NCBI GenBank assembly: GCA_050084985.1
Contig: JBITNC010000001.1
Coordinates: forward strand, 59,086,001 to 59,150,000
DNA length: 64,000 nucleotides
Origin: Nageia nagi
Lineage: Eukaryota > Plantae > Pinophyta
Direction of reading: 5' to 3'
Below, in pieces: positions 37,951 to 52,276 of this stretch. The notes under the pieces were generated by a model, which saw nothing but the letters and a program-made list of their open reading frames with translations, had not been told where the DNA came from and searched no databases. The position numbers were made by a program, and so were the translations under genes. Position 1 is the first letter of the stretch. Every line of letters begins with the position of its first letter.

Positions 37951-38329
37951 CTAAAATATCCTCATGCAATGGCAAATTGGGATCAACTATGTTTTCTACA
38001 TAGAAGAATATTTCTAAGCATATGATGACTAAACCATGATTAAACTATTGATATGTAAAAGCAAAAGAATAAGTGATTACACAAAAGAACCTATAAAAAT
38101 CATATCATTGGATTCTGATGCTTGCTTGCATGTGAAATACTTTCCAATTTTTTATTTAACAACCTAATTGTCCCACTTCTTTCCCTTCAATTTTCCAACA
38201 GGAACCATTCCTCAAATATTAGATTCTACAATTGATCACAAATGAGTGTCTGTAATATCTAAAAAAATAGAATCTGCTAATTAAAAAATAGATTGTGAAG
38301 TTCATCTTATAATTGAATTACTCTACTTG

Positions 38330-38890
38330 ATGAGCATCTTCAATACAACAAGAAAAGCATCTTAAATTTTCAATAGATGAGCATTTGTAATTTTTAGAAA
38401 TGGGCATTTGTAATTGTGCAAAGATAAGCATTTATAATTTTTCAAAGATAAGCATCTATAATATTGCACAAATGAGCATTGCAATATTGCTAAGATGAGC
38501 ATCCATAATATTGCATAGATGAGCATATGCAATTTTGTAAAGATGAGCATCTATAATATTGCATAGACAAGCATCTATAATATTACATAGATGAGCATCT
38601 ACAATGTTGCACTGATGAGCATCTCCAATTTCTCGTAGATGAGTGAATGCAAATTTGCACTAACAAGTAGCTCTAATTTGTTATACACAAGCATCTTCAA
38701 TCCCACATAAATGAGCATCTTCAATTCTTTACTAATGAGTGTCTTTAATCTTACACAAGTAAGCATATTCAATTATACATAGATGAGCATCATAAATATT
38801 GCATAGTCAACCATCTCCAATAAAACATTACCAAGCATCTACAATAAAGCATTACTGAGCATCTGCAATCCCTTCCAAATGACCATCTTG
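38330..38890. repeat. Array of GATGAGCATC motifs, about 22 bp period
   Basis: About 25 degenerate copies of (ta)gatgagcatctataatattgca. Confidence 0.9.
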
Positions 38891-40344
38891 GAGAATTTAG
38901 AAAATTGAAATGGTATATTTGACCAGTGTAATAAACTTTATATATAGGGTATAATTAGTGATTTCATCAAGAATTTTTTTTTTTCAAGGTGATTGCTTGT
39001 GAAAGTATAGGAGGTATAGGTGTCTATTTGCACTTATTTTTATAAAAAAATATAAAATATTGACAAGCTGACTCATAATTTTTTTTGGTCTTGAAAAATT
39101 CAAGCTAAATGGTGCATTATCCAAGGTCTAAATTTTTTAAATATTTTAACTTTAAAAAACCTAATATTAGCCTATTAGTGAATATTCACCACTATGCATA
39201 ACGTTGTTGAAATGTAGTGTCTTAATACCAATTGAATATGCTCTTTTTTTCAACAATCAATTTTACATTTTAACATTGTTAAGTGCATGATTAGAGTGAA
39301 ATTATGGATTCTTTCAAATATCAATAATGTTCTCATGGTTTTAATAGTTCAAAATGGTTAACATTGTGCTTATATGACTTATATGTAGATCAAATAGATA
39401 TAAAATCAAAATGGGTCAAATTAGTACTTATATGGAAAATGTTATGATGTTATTTCATGGTTTCTATGATGCCAAATGTTATTACTTGTTGTTAATTTAT
39501 TATGATTAAAGTTTGTAGATTTGATATTACTATTTCCATTTTGCTAAAATGTGTCTACTACAAATTCATTGCAATAGGGCATGTTACAAATCCTTGAATA
39601 TCTATTTGAAAATACCATTATTTTACAAATATGCACTGCAATAGAAATATAGAAAAAAATTGTAAAATATATGGTTAAAAAATTTTGTGAGACTAACGCT
39701 ATCAACAATGTTATTTTACTTTGAAAATGATAAATTTAATCGATGCAATGAAACCAAATGTGCTAAATTGATAAGTAAGACCAATGGACATTTGAAAATT
39801 GAATACTTTTTATGAAATCAAATGAAATTGCCTCAATGATGGATAAAAATTTAGTGTTATGCTAACAAATGTGTTCTAGGACATTATCACTCCATGAGCA
39901 AAATCTCTCATAAATTATAGGTTATCTAAGCTTGAGGCATCAAAGCACCTCATCATCTTGATAATAATGGTTCAATAGAATTATGTGTCTCAATGATCAT
40001 AGTGATATAATAGATATTATATTTATTTCATCCTTGCTTCTTTAAATTAATTATTCTTTCATTAGAGGTAATCTATGCAGGTATTACATTAGATTGTTCT
40101 CAAAAAGGTATTATCTAGGAGAGTAGGACCCAAATAGAGGTACTCTCTCATACATGGATTTTGATTTTTGGCTTGATTCCCCAAAGAAGCTAGAGAAAGT
40201 GGAAATAAAATACTAAAAGGGGGTAGAAGACATATTATACTTGACATATCAATCGAAAAAGGGATGTCCACTTTACTATTGAAAATTTTCTTCTCTTCTT
40301 TAAACTTCTTTGGATTATGAAATTTCAATGCTTTTCATTTTATA

Positions 40345-41722
40345 TCCAAAGAGGTGGAAAATGTAGATGCCTAAAATTGATTCATTATTTATTTAATAAA
40401 TCATATTTATACTTTCTAAATGACATTGTAATATTACAAATGTCAAGATAAAGTTGCTATTACAATGCAATACCATGTGTTATATTAAATGCTATATTAC
40501 TTATCATGGTTCATATTATAAAGAATCTTGAATAAAAAAATGATTATATAGGCCTAGATGCTAGCCTTCACTTCTTTCCATGTCTTTACAAGTTATATAT
40601 GCAAGATGAATAGGTTGACTTGCATATATTGAAACTCTTTTATATGACAAGATCTTAGATAGATGGTTGTCTACTATAATCTTCATCAAGAAACAATCTC
40701 TTATTGCCACCTATTATGAGAAATTGTTATACTTTTGGATTTTTAAACTTTTTATCTTTGATGCACTTCATAATTATGCATATACAATGCTATTAATGGC
40801 ATGCATATTGAGGATTGAGGATTCCATATTTTGGTTGCCAAGGGTATTGATTCATGCATATGAATATCCATTGAGATCTTACCTCCAATTTGATCTCAAT
40901 CCTTTGAATATTCATTGTCATTTACTTTTGAGGATGTCTGTCATTTTTTAGATTGTCATTTATTGTATATGTATATTTATATTTTACACAATTTAGAGTC
41001 TACATGAAATATTTTTTTCACTCTAATAAGAAAATGATTGTTACCATAAATTCCCCTTTTCCTACATTATTATCTAATTCTAAAAGTACTAAGCACACAC
41101 ATCCACACATCCGATTCAGTTATTATGGGAATCTTGATAATTAAGTTTAAAGATTCCTCAAGATAGCTTGCTTGACTAAGAAGGTTAATAATTCTTGTCC
41201 AATTATTCATCCCAAGAATAATGTAATAAAATCAATTCTTGATGCAAAAAAGTAGATTACATACAAAGGTTATGCTATCAAGGTTGATTCCTAAGAGCTT
41301 CACTAGATCAAATAGTTTAAGGGAATCTTTGTTATAACCATGGATAATATATCCTCTAACCATTACATTCTATGAAACTATGTTTGTATAATGCATCTTA
41401 TCAAATAATTCTTGATCCTTGTGTATTCTTCCATATTTTACACAGAGGGTATTCAAAATGTAATATTCAATCAAAAGCCATTTTTTTAGCTACTCCTTAA
41501 TGGATGTTCATACTTCTTGAAGAGATCCCATTGTGTGATATGCCGAAATTGTGTTTTCAAAGGTTCAAATTTAGCTTTACACATGAAAATTGCATGCACT
41601 TAAAATTCTTTAGGCACTTTTTAGACAATACATTTTGTGCATATCATGGTATTATTGCACATCATGAGATTGCATCTAGATTAAGTTATATCCAAAGAGG
41701 GGGAAAATGTAGATGCCTAGAA
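40345..41722 (+). mobile_element. Two PPT + LTR-start remnants of one retroelement family
   Basis: tccaaagagg(t/g)ggaaaa|tgtagatgccta at 40345 and 41691, a purine tract directly followed by TG. Confidence 0.5.
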
Positions 41723-42039
41723 TATTTGAAATTATTTACAATATGTCCTACTACATTCATAAATTGGGGAAGTTTGCTATATTTTTAATATGAATTATTT
41801 ACTAAAAAAAGTTAAATCTATCATCATTTTACATATATTTTTTATTTGATTCATCTACAAATTCTACTTACTCCAAGTTATGAATTCTATAGGCACAAAG
41901 AAAACAAGTCCACAAATATTGACTACAATGTTTGATCCATAAACCTATATGCTCATAGCATTACAAGGTTCATCAATTATATATTTTAAGTTTTATTATA
42001 TACCTTTTTCCAATCTAGAAATTAATATTATGTAAAGTG

Positions 42040-43284
42040 TAGATTTAGTAATTATGGAAATAAAATTACTCAAAATCAAATGCCAAAAAGAATTAAAGAG
42101 AAATAAACCATAATTTGAAGACACTGGTATTTACCCTAGTTCACCCAATGTTGGATAGTATGCCTTGGCTCTCTCTTATTATGGTTTGGATTTATGCAAC
42201 TATGCACTATTGCACATATAATAATCTACAATATCCCTCTTTTGTAGTCTCCTATCTCAACACTTGAAATATCTGCACTCTTCTCCACACTTTCTTCCTT
42301 TCTAGAACAAGCAAACTTAGATTATAATGTAAAATAACATTATATATAAAAAACTCTTAACTCCACCAAATGTCATATAGTATCCTTTTATAATATTTTA
42401 AGGAGCTCTGAGACAATTAAATGGTTGTAACAATACTTAGAAAAAGCAAGATTTGATTTTGGCTAGAAATCCCATCTCAACTTCCCTTTTTCATCATCCA
42501 AAAAATTATATGAAAATCACTAAAATAGCCTCAGAAAATATATGAGAATATTATAGAGGTTGGGAATAATACCTACAAGTTTTCCCAACAATAAAATACC
42601 AAAAAATACCTTTTCTCAACAATGCATAGGTAGATGCAACCGAAATAAAATATGTGGTAGTCAACGAGTCCACATTCATAAAAATACTCCATACACCATT
42701 TTAAAAAAACTTTCAATAAAATACCCATAAAATAATTCCATCTCTAAGTTTGACATGTAGCGACACCTTGGATGAGTATTTTTGAATCAAATTTGGTGGA
42801 AAATAGTACATACTACCATGGGTCCTTTCTTGGAATTTGTGCACTTTATTTAGGTCATATTTTCCTCTAAGAAACCAACACCTACTTCCATGAAATTAGC
42901 ACCTTTTTTGGAGTGGAAAATTCAGCCTTAGTACATATGTACTTTCATTGGTGATTATGCACATGTTTAGTGGGTTTTTGACTTGCCCACTTCCATGTTG
43001 AGGTGATATTTTTTATATTTATTTTTGTATATATTTTTTCTTTTCTCTTTTGTAATTTTAGAAAAAATAAATACATATTTATATTTTTTTCTACAGGTAT
43101 TTTAAATATGAATTTTTTTCTTCATTTTGTATTTTAAATAAAAATACTATAAAACTTAAAAATCACATATCTTACACACCATGAGTAGGATTTTGATTCC
43201 ATAAGAAGTCATGGAATCATGGAGGAGAAAAGAAATAAATGAGATACCCATGATTTCAATTCAAAACAATCCAATTTTAGATCA
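42040..43284 (-). mobile_element. Probable 3' LTR of an internally deleted Gypsy element
   Basis: Ends tagatCA followed by ctccttccc (PPT complement). 42621-43284 matches 49957-50626 at about 85%. Left boundary is uncertain. Confidence 0.55.
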
Positions 43285-43589
43285 CTCCTTCCCATTAAGA
43301 GAGAACTTTTATCCCCAAAAAATTTAGAAACTATAAAATTGAGGAACCTAGTTTTGCATTATGGATCCTAGCCAATAATGCCTCCATGCTTTCTTTGCTA
43401 TGAATGCTAGTGGATACCATGGAGTTAACCTAGAAATATATATAAAATATAAATTAATCCCATGAGGATTTTGTATTACCATTTTATCAATGTGCATAAC
43501 CTATTGTTTTGATTGCAATTCCTCTTCTTGCTTCTACACTACAACTTTTCTTCTTCTCTCATTATGACTAAAATTTAATTTTAAGAGGA

Positions 43590-44260
43590 ATTAAATAATC
43601 TTTTTACTTAGCTTACAACAATAATAGGACTCCTACTTATATGAGATTTCATAATAAAAGATTTACCATCCTTCTTCACATGGTACTCATTCCTTTTGTA
43701 GAAAAAGGTAGCATCTCTATCATACAAGTATGTGTTACCCAATGCCATGCCATAAATATCCAAAGGAACAACATCTAATTCTACCTCATAAAAAAAGTAT
43801 GCATAAATAGTAAACTTCAACTTACATTTTTGAGTAACTTGCATTTTGGTATCCTTACTCAACCATCCAAGTGGATATGGTTTTGAATGAAGTTGAGCCT
43901 TTAAATGTAGCTTGTTCACTAAATTTGCAAAAATCAAGTTAGCTTGTGAACCAAGATCAAATAAAGCATCAACTAGGTTTTATTTTCTTGAACATTCATA
44001 TGGAATAGCTGAATTCTCTTTTCCTCTTCATCTACAATAATAGATATTTTTACTCCCATGAAAGCCAATTTCTCATCAGCCTCTGATGTATCTTCGATAA
44101 GATAAACTTCCTCTTTATCTTTGGAAGCTATTGAATTTTTCTTTTCCTTTATTTTATTAGCCCATTCAGGAGATTTCTTAGGGTGTAGCTTCCAACACTT
44201 CTCATCAACATGACCATCTCTATCATAATAAGAGAAATGGTATTTCTTTTCTTTTTCATA
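43590..44260 (-). pseudogene. Gypsy gag zinc knuckle + aspartic protease fragment
   Basis: DGHVDEKCWKLHP (about 44180-44220), then DALFDLGSQANLI...PYPLGW...ELDVVPLD...YLYDR (ORF 43608-43937). Confidence 0.88.
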
Positions 44261-44298
44261 CTTTGTTATAGATATTCTGAATAATGCATATGTAGATG

Positions 44299-47200
44299 GA
44301 AAAATTAAAAATAAAGTATATTAGAAAGAATACATATTATGATGTTTCTATGCAAGAGATTTATGTAACAATTATTATAAGTGTAAGAAGGTATTTTTCC
44401 ATGGCATCAAGCCTTGGGGGTTCCTATGGGACCCTAGATTCTCACTCCTTCCATGATGTAGTCCACACTAGGCTAATGGATTCTAAAAAATTTGGAAGTA
44501 ATTGATCTAGCACTAGGCACTTCATCTAGAGGAAACCAAATCTAGGAAAAATGGATTCTGATTAGCTCCATGCCTCTCCTATGATCTAAGAAATCATTGT
44601 CCAAAATGAGGAGGTATGAAGTCAAATTTCCATACTAGATTCTATGCATTGATATGCAAGTTCCTAGGTTTTAGAATTCATCCAAATATGACTAGAGCAT
44701 GGATTTTACACTACTAATAGGCTAAAGGTGATGTATCTCTTAGCTTTAACTCCAATGGCTACTTTCTAGTCCTATTTTCATCGTAATGGATTAAGATATG
44801 GTTTTTAAAGGGGGACTATGGTTCCATGAAAGAGCAAGGATCTTCATGAAACCTTGGCATACAAGGTTTAAACTAGTAGAAGAAACTCCTTTCTCTACAT
44901 CTATCTAGGTCATGCTACCAAATTTGCCTAAATAAATTTGGAAAGACATATTACTTCACCATTGGTAAAGCCTTAAGGAGTTATATGGGGTTAGCTAATA
45001 AAATGGGAGAACTAGAGTCCCTAACCTATATCTGCATTTGTGTCTAGTTGTAAATGGATTATCATTTATCACTCAAATTAAGATAAATGTCCCATTAGAG
45101 AACATGGTTACTCTTAGTCCATGGACTATGAAGATTTTCCCTTTAGGTGATGATTTGGTATGAATATGGCCATTTGGCCAAATACTACCCTCATGCCTAA
45201 ACTCCTACCCTAAGTTTAGAGCCCCTTAGTGATGGATTCCATGTTCCTAGATGAAAATATCGAGCCACAAAAACTTCCACTCATGGCATAAGTAATAGAC
45301 ACTCCAATAGCTTTTAGTCTTTACAAATAGTTGACCTAAATAATGCAAAAAAGACTATATCTCATAAAGAATAGGATCCTCTAAACACTATTAATTTGTC
45401 ACAAGGCCCTCAAATTATACCAAGTTTGCATAATGAATCAATACACACTCCTCCTCAACCTCAACATCACCACAACAATTTTGGTTCCAAACTAGAAATC
45501 TCCCAACATTTATAATAAATAAACATGAACATAGATGAGGATACCTCCCAAGAACCAACTAATACCAATAGTATTATTCTAGATAATTTGAAAACTATAG
45601 TCATTACCAAAAGAACTCCCTTAAGAGGTTTGATCATAAAGCAAACTCTAAGTTTTCTGAGAATTGCAATGGTAGGAAAATAAAAACCAAAAGGTCAAAT
45701 GTCAAACCAAGCTAAATGCACACAAGTTGCTCTAGCAAGTATAGAGAATGGGACTTAGTAGTATATGAGGAGTCTTGGGCTCCTAAAATAAAACATTTCT
45801 CCATGTTATTGACATCTTGGAATACAAGGGGCTTACATGAGCAAAAAAAAAAATCAAAAAAGTAAAAGCATTAGTCTGGTTAAATACCCCTGCAATTTTG
45901 CTCATATAGGAATCAAATATGGCAACTATAGAAGTAGGTAAATACAAGTAAAAAGTTTGGTCAAAGAGTGTATTCTTTGCTATTGATTCTAATGGTCAGT
46001 AAAGGGGATTTATTACCTTATGGGACCCCTTAAAAGTTAATGCTACTTGGATACTATTTCAAAATATTAGCTAGCAATTTTGATCACATGCAATGTCATT
46101 ACTCTCATTTTCAATCTAATCAATGTTTATGGACCCAAGATGTAGAAAACAAAATTTGCTTACTAAGATCATATTTCAGCTTGTCTAATAGTTCACTTTG
46201 ATATCCCTTTCATCATTAGTGGGTATTTTAATGCTATCATATCTTTAGATGAAAAATAAGGAATACACAAGTTAGAGAGGTGTGATGAAACCTTTAACAA
46301 CTTTATTGACTTACAATAGTTAATGGAACCTATTTGCATCTTAGAAAATACACTTGGACATATAAATGTTCAAATAATAGCAAGATTTTCAAAAGCTTGG
46401 CCACTTCCTTCATACTCACCATTGGATAGAATAAGGAATCATCACCCATTCAGAAGTGGTGTCGCATGGAGGATCAAATCATTGACCAATATCCTTTTTA
46501 TAGAGAAGGAAATCAAATGAAAAAAAGGATCTTTTTTTAGGTTCAAGAATATGTGGTTATATCATCCCTCTTTTGTATATAAGGTGGAATATTAGTAGCT
46601 AGATGATTTATGGGTTAACAATTCCTCGATGCACAAGTTTACTCCAAAAATGAGTAGACTTAAGGATAGACTTAAATCATGGAACAAAGAGATTTTTGGG
46701 TTTGTCTATGAAAATAGAACCATTAGAGTTAGAAATGGCTCAAGTCAAATAAACCTTACAAACTAATCATAATGAAATCCTCCCCAAACAAGAAGAGGAG
46801 ATTCTAAACAAATTGGATGAAGTATACATGTCGGAAGAAATATTTTGGAAATAAAAAACTTGCATTCAATGGCTAAAAGAGGGTGATAAAAACACCAAAT
46901 ATTTTCACCTACCTATAATGAATCATTAGGCTCTTAATAGGATTTCCAAACTAGTTACTCGCATTGGTAATATTATCACTGATCCAAATGAGTTAGATGC
47001 CCATATTATTTTATTTTTCCAATCCTTGCTTACAAAAATGACTCTAGATCATGATAATATTTATAATTTTTTCTTGACATTATACCCCACTTGGTTTCCC
47101 CCTCAAAAGTTTCAAACTTATAGCTCCTATCTTTGTGGAGGAAGTAGAAAAAGTTGTTTTCCAAATGAAAAGATATGGGTCTCTAGGCCTAGACAAATTC

Positions 47201-49953
47201 CCTCCTAGTTTTAATCAATAGTTTTGGCACATTTTAAAATATGAAGTGGTGGTAGTTGTTAGAGAATCCTTTGCTTCCAAAAAACTCTTAGGTAAATGAA
47301 ACTATACCTTTTTGGCCCTCATACCTAAATTAAAAAATGCTACATTGATTTATGTCTTTAGAACTATATCCCTTTGTAATTCTATTTATGAGATAATCTC
47401 AAGGTGGCTTGCAAATCATCTAAAAGAAATCATTCTAGACATCATCTCATATGAACAAAAGGCTTCCATAAGGGAAGAAAACTCATATATGGTCCTATTC
47501 TATTTCATGAGCTCATTCATTGCCTTAAAACTAAAGGTGACAAAGGCTTCTTATAAACTTGACATGAAAAAGGTATTTAATAGAATCAATTAGGCTTTCC
47601 TCATTTGTACAATGCAAAATTTTGGGTTTAAAAAGGAGTAGAATCAATGTATTTTTGCTTTAATTAGCAACCCCTTCTACTCCTATTCTAGTCAATGGTA
47701 GTGCCCAAGGTTTCTTCAAGAGATCATGGGGTCTTAGACAAGGTGATCTCCTCTCATTATAGCTCTTCATAATTGTTGCTAAGGCATTAGGTAGAGGCAT
47801 GTCATATTTGTTAGCCAAAGGTTGCATCAAGGGTATAAAAATCAATCACCTTTGCCTAGCCTGCACCCATTCTCATTCACTAATGATACTCTATTAAATG
47901 CCTACCCTCCATTCAAGAAGCTAATATGATCAAAATGCTAATAAACATGTATGAAAAGGCATCCTGCTAAGAAGTAACTACAATATATCTCAGTTGTATG
48001 GCATCAATGGTAAGGATCACAAGCATGAGCCTAGGATCATTTTCAAGTGCCTACTTGGGGCTTCCTCTCTTTCAAAGTGGGAATCTTGGTAATTTTTGGT
48101 ATTCACTATTGGAAAAACTCAAAGCTAAATTGAAAGTTTGGAAAAGCAAATGGCTCACAACATCTGGGAGGCTCATTAAAATAAAGTTGTCCTAAGTGCC
48201 CTACTTATTTTTTGGCTTGGAGTATTTTGGCTACCAAGTAAAATAATATCTTATATGGAACAAAGCATGAAGATTTTTTATGGAAGGTAATTTAGAAACT
48301 AGAAAGATCCACATATCTCCTGGAAAACTATTTGTTAGAACTTCAAATAAGGGGTTCTAGGTATAAAATATCTAAGAATGATGAATACAATGATGTTTTT
48401 AAAGTTAATATGGAGATGCTATATCATTAATCCTCACTTTGGAGAAATGATCTCAAATCAAAATATCTATAAAACCAAGACCCCTCATGGAATTTCACAA
48501 CAAAGAATGTACATATCAGCTATATGATTTGGAATGGAATCAAGAAGGTTCACCATCACATATTAAGATATCTAAAATGGAATGTGGGATAAATTAACAA
48601 AGTATTTTTTTGGGATCATTTGTGGTTAATTTTGGAGCCTCTTGGTAATAATTATGAACTAGATTTTATAAAAAATAATCCATGTCAATTATGGGATCAA
48701 GTTTTATACATTATTATGAATGGTAGGGAGAAGTGCAACACAAAACTCCCACTTGGTGTAATTTTCATAGCTATTCCCTATCCAAGAGGAAGTATCCAAA
48801 AATCTTGAGTCCTTACTACAAAATTATAAGCTAAAACCTACTAAAGAGGATAAGCTTATACAACATCTCTCCCCTTCAGGTTGCTACATAGTCAAATCAA
48901 CCTATTTAGGCTTCACAACCTGGGCAATTCCCATAGTCTCCCAACATATGAAAAAAGGTATGGAAAAGTAAAGCTTGGAAAAATATCAAATCTTTCTATG
49001 GGATGCCACACATAATAAATTCCTATCTAGAGAACAATTGCACAAGAGAGGATTTCCAACAATATGAAAATGCATACTATGTGGAAAGGAGGATGAAATA
49101 GGGGTCACCTTTTTTTCCATTGTAACTATGTAGTAGAAATTTAGAGCACACTCTTAAGTATTTTTAATACCTCTTGGGTAATAGCCAAATTGTGTGGGAA
49201 ATGTTTTTTAGGAGTGGGAATATCCTAAACATAGAAAGGTGCCAATGATCATTTGGCTAGTAGCTTTGATAAGATTTCATGAAATTTATGGATTGAGCAA
49301 AACAACCACATATATAAGGGAGAATTAAAATATACATACAAACCATGAAACTAGATAGGAAAATAACTTGCACAAATCCAAGGGCATACTATGTTTTGGA
49401 TGAGAAAATGAAATTGGAGCTTCTAAGCTTAGTCTATGGGATCATATTATCTTAGCTTAGTCGATCTGGTTTCATAAATTTGATGAAGAAACCCATACTA
49501 CCATCTAGATTAGGTTATAGAGCCACTCTATCCTCTTGTCCATAGCTCATGATCCCATATAGCCTTGAATGTTTTTGACAAGTCTCCAATGAGGAGGGTA
49601 GCAGACTCACATTATCTAGACTTTAAAAATAATACCCATAAGCATCAACCTTCTACAATATAGAGATTTAGCTTCTCCTCTAGTATGGTGTTATCTGATC
49701 TTCCCATGGGTAACAGATCATACACCTATAGGCCCAACATTCTTCCATAATGGTAACTAATCAGCCCCCTTTTGTTATCCTCAAGCATATATTTTTTTTA
49801 ATTATCTAGTGTATTCAACCTTCAACATTTATCAACTCATTTTTTTATTCTAGAACTATATATTCTCTATTATGATTTGAGGCCCTATGGTCATCATTTT
49901 ATTTTTGTAATCATATTTCATTATAATAGAATCTTAAATTTACCTACCAAATA
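44299..49953 (+). mobile_element. Decayed near full-length L1 LINE
   Basis: ORF1 remnant, ORF2 start MLLTSWNTRGL at 45803, RT motifs LIPK, FRTISLCNSIY, KLDMKK, GLRQGD, YLGLPL. 3' end ttacctaccaaa. TSD aataatgcata(t/g)g(t/c)agatg at 44280-44298 and 49954-49972. Confidence 0.92.
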
Positions 49954-50626
49954 AATAATGCATAGGCAGATGCAACCAAAATTAAACACATGGAAATCAT
50001 GAAGTCCTCATTCATAAAAATACTCCATCCACCAATTTAAAAATACCTTAAATAAAATACCCAAAAAAATAATTCCATCTCTAATTTTGGCATGTGGTGG
50101 CACCTTGGATGAGTAGTTTTAAGTCAAATATGGTGGAAGATAGTACTTAGTACCATGGGTCATTTCTTGTAATTTATGCACTTTACTTAGCTTATATTTT
50201 CCTCCAAGAAACCAATGCCTACTTTCATGAGATTAGCACCTTTTTGAAGTGTAAAATTCAGCCTTAGTACATGTGTACTTTCCTTGGTGAATGTGGACAT
50301 GTTTAGTGGAATTTTGATTGGCCCACTTCCATATTGAGGTGACATGTTTTTTTATTTTTATGTTTTGTATATTTATTTTTATTCTCCATTTTGGTATTTG
50401 ATAAAAAATAAATATAGATTTGTATGTTTTTCTATTGGTATTTTAAATACAAAATTTTTTTCTTCATTTTGTATTTTAAATAAAAATACTATAAAAGTTA
50501 AAAATCACATGTCTTTCACACTAGGAGTCGAATTTTGATTCTATATGATGTTCTAGAATCAAGGAGGAGAGAATAATTAAACGAGATACCCATGATTTTA
50601 ATTCAAAACAATCCAATTGTAGATTA
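49954..50626 (-). repeat. Partial second LTR of the Gypsy element, split by the L1
   Basis: Direct repeat of 42621-43284, beginning at the L1 TSD. Confidence 0.7.
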
Positions 50627-50639
50627 AAGTTTCATGAAT

Positions 50640-52238
50640 GAAAATATGAATAAGATTGGCAAGTATTAATGTAATCAAATGCATCAACTTCTTAGACAAT
50701 ACTATGATCACAATGTAAATCGATATTTATGATAATATCACTCCTTTTCCATCTTCTTGAAATTTCTTGATCAATAGTAATCATTCTTCCATACATATTT
50801 TGAAAGTTGGATTTCTAGTATTCATGAATACAAAAAAGACAATTTCTAAGGTATATTTCATCTCCTTTACCTCTTAAATTTAATTGAATTAATTTTTTTA
50901 TTATAATTTATAATTTGAAGAGGTAATATTGAAACTTTTTATGTTATAAATTCTACTAACTCTGAGTTGTTATGAATTTAATTGGCATGCTATATATAAA
51001 TTTTTTAAATGTCTAACACAGGCCAATAATTTAAATCATATATGTATAATTCTTTGTAGGTGTAGTATGATAATAATTATTCATGAATTTGAATATTGAT
51101 ATCCCTCTTTCACTAAACCTACATGGCTACATGTGGATAATAAATAAACTAATAAATGTTACAATATATAGCTTATGGACCACATATTCCATTTTTTCAA
51201 ATAGTTTGATGGTGTCCTTGATACAAACATTCCTTACATATCTTGTAATCATTGCATTTTAGGAAATTATTTATCGATTATGCATCTTATCAAACAAAAT
51301 ACTTACCTTCTTAATCTACCTACATTTTGAATACACGTCTATTAGGATTGTTATCACATGAAAAATAAACTACATATTATTATAAATGATAAACTAGTTA
51401 ATTTAAAAGTTAAAAAAGTTGCACATATAGAAAGAATATTTCTAAAGGTTGTTGTATCTAGGATGAAACTAGTTAATTTCATCTTCTATGTACTAGTTCT
51501 TTTAGTTCTATTTTAACCATAGTTCTAGATACTAAAAATAAGTAAAATAAGGCATCTTGTAAAATAAAATATTTTCTTCTTATTTTAGTTCTTTCATTTA
51601 CTTTCATTTTTTGTATACATGTCTATGGATGTTCTTATCTCAATTACATGCAAAAGCAATTTATATATAGTTATTTATCTATGACTATCTATGATCCACT
51701 TTAAAGCTACAAGAGTTACACTTAGTAAGAATACTTACAATGTATATTAAATATAGTTCAAAAATGATCAATTGTATTTTGTCAAAATACTTAAAGGCCT
51801 CCAAACAATACCCATTTAATGCTATATTTGGAGAATCTTTCATACTCTCTAATAATACTCCAATAATAGGCTAAAGATTATCATGGTTGATCGCTTGAAT
51901 TTCAACAGTATAACCATGTAAGAAATCAAAAATCTTACTTAGATTCCAAGTATTGATATAATTTTTCTTAGTTATTTTGATCCTTCATTGCATTAAGTAT
52001 GTAATTTAGCACCATATTCACCAATAATGAGATTTTTTCTATGGTTGATCCTAAGTAATAGACCCAAATGCAAGCTATAAATATTGCTAACTCCAAGCTA
52101 TTATAAATTCTATAGGGATCAAGAAAATTTGATCAAGAATTTTTTGGTTGTTAGCACAATTGCATCAGGTTTTATTGGTATACTATTTATAAGTATTTTT
52201 GCTTCATCTAGATGCCCAATATGACCAATAAGTTCACA

Positions 52239-52276
<38 letters not shown>

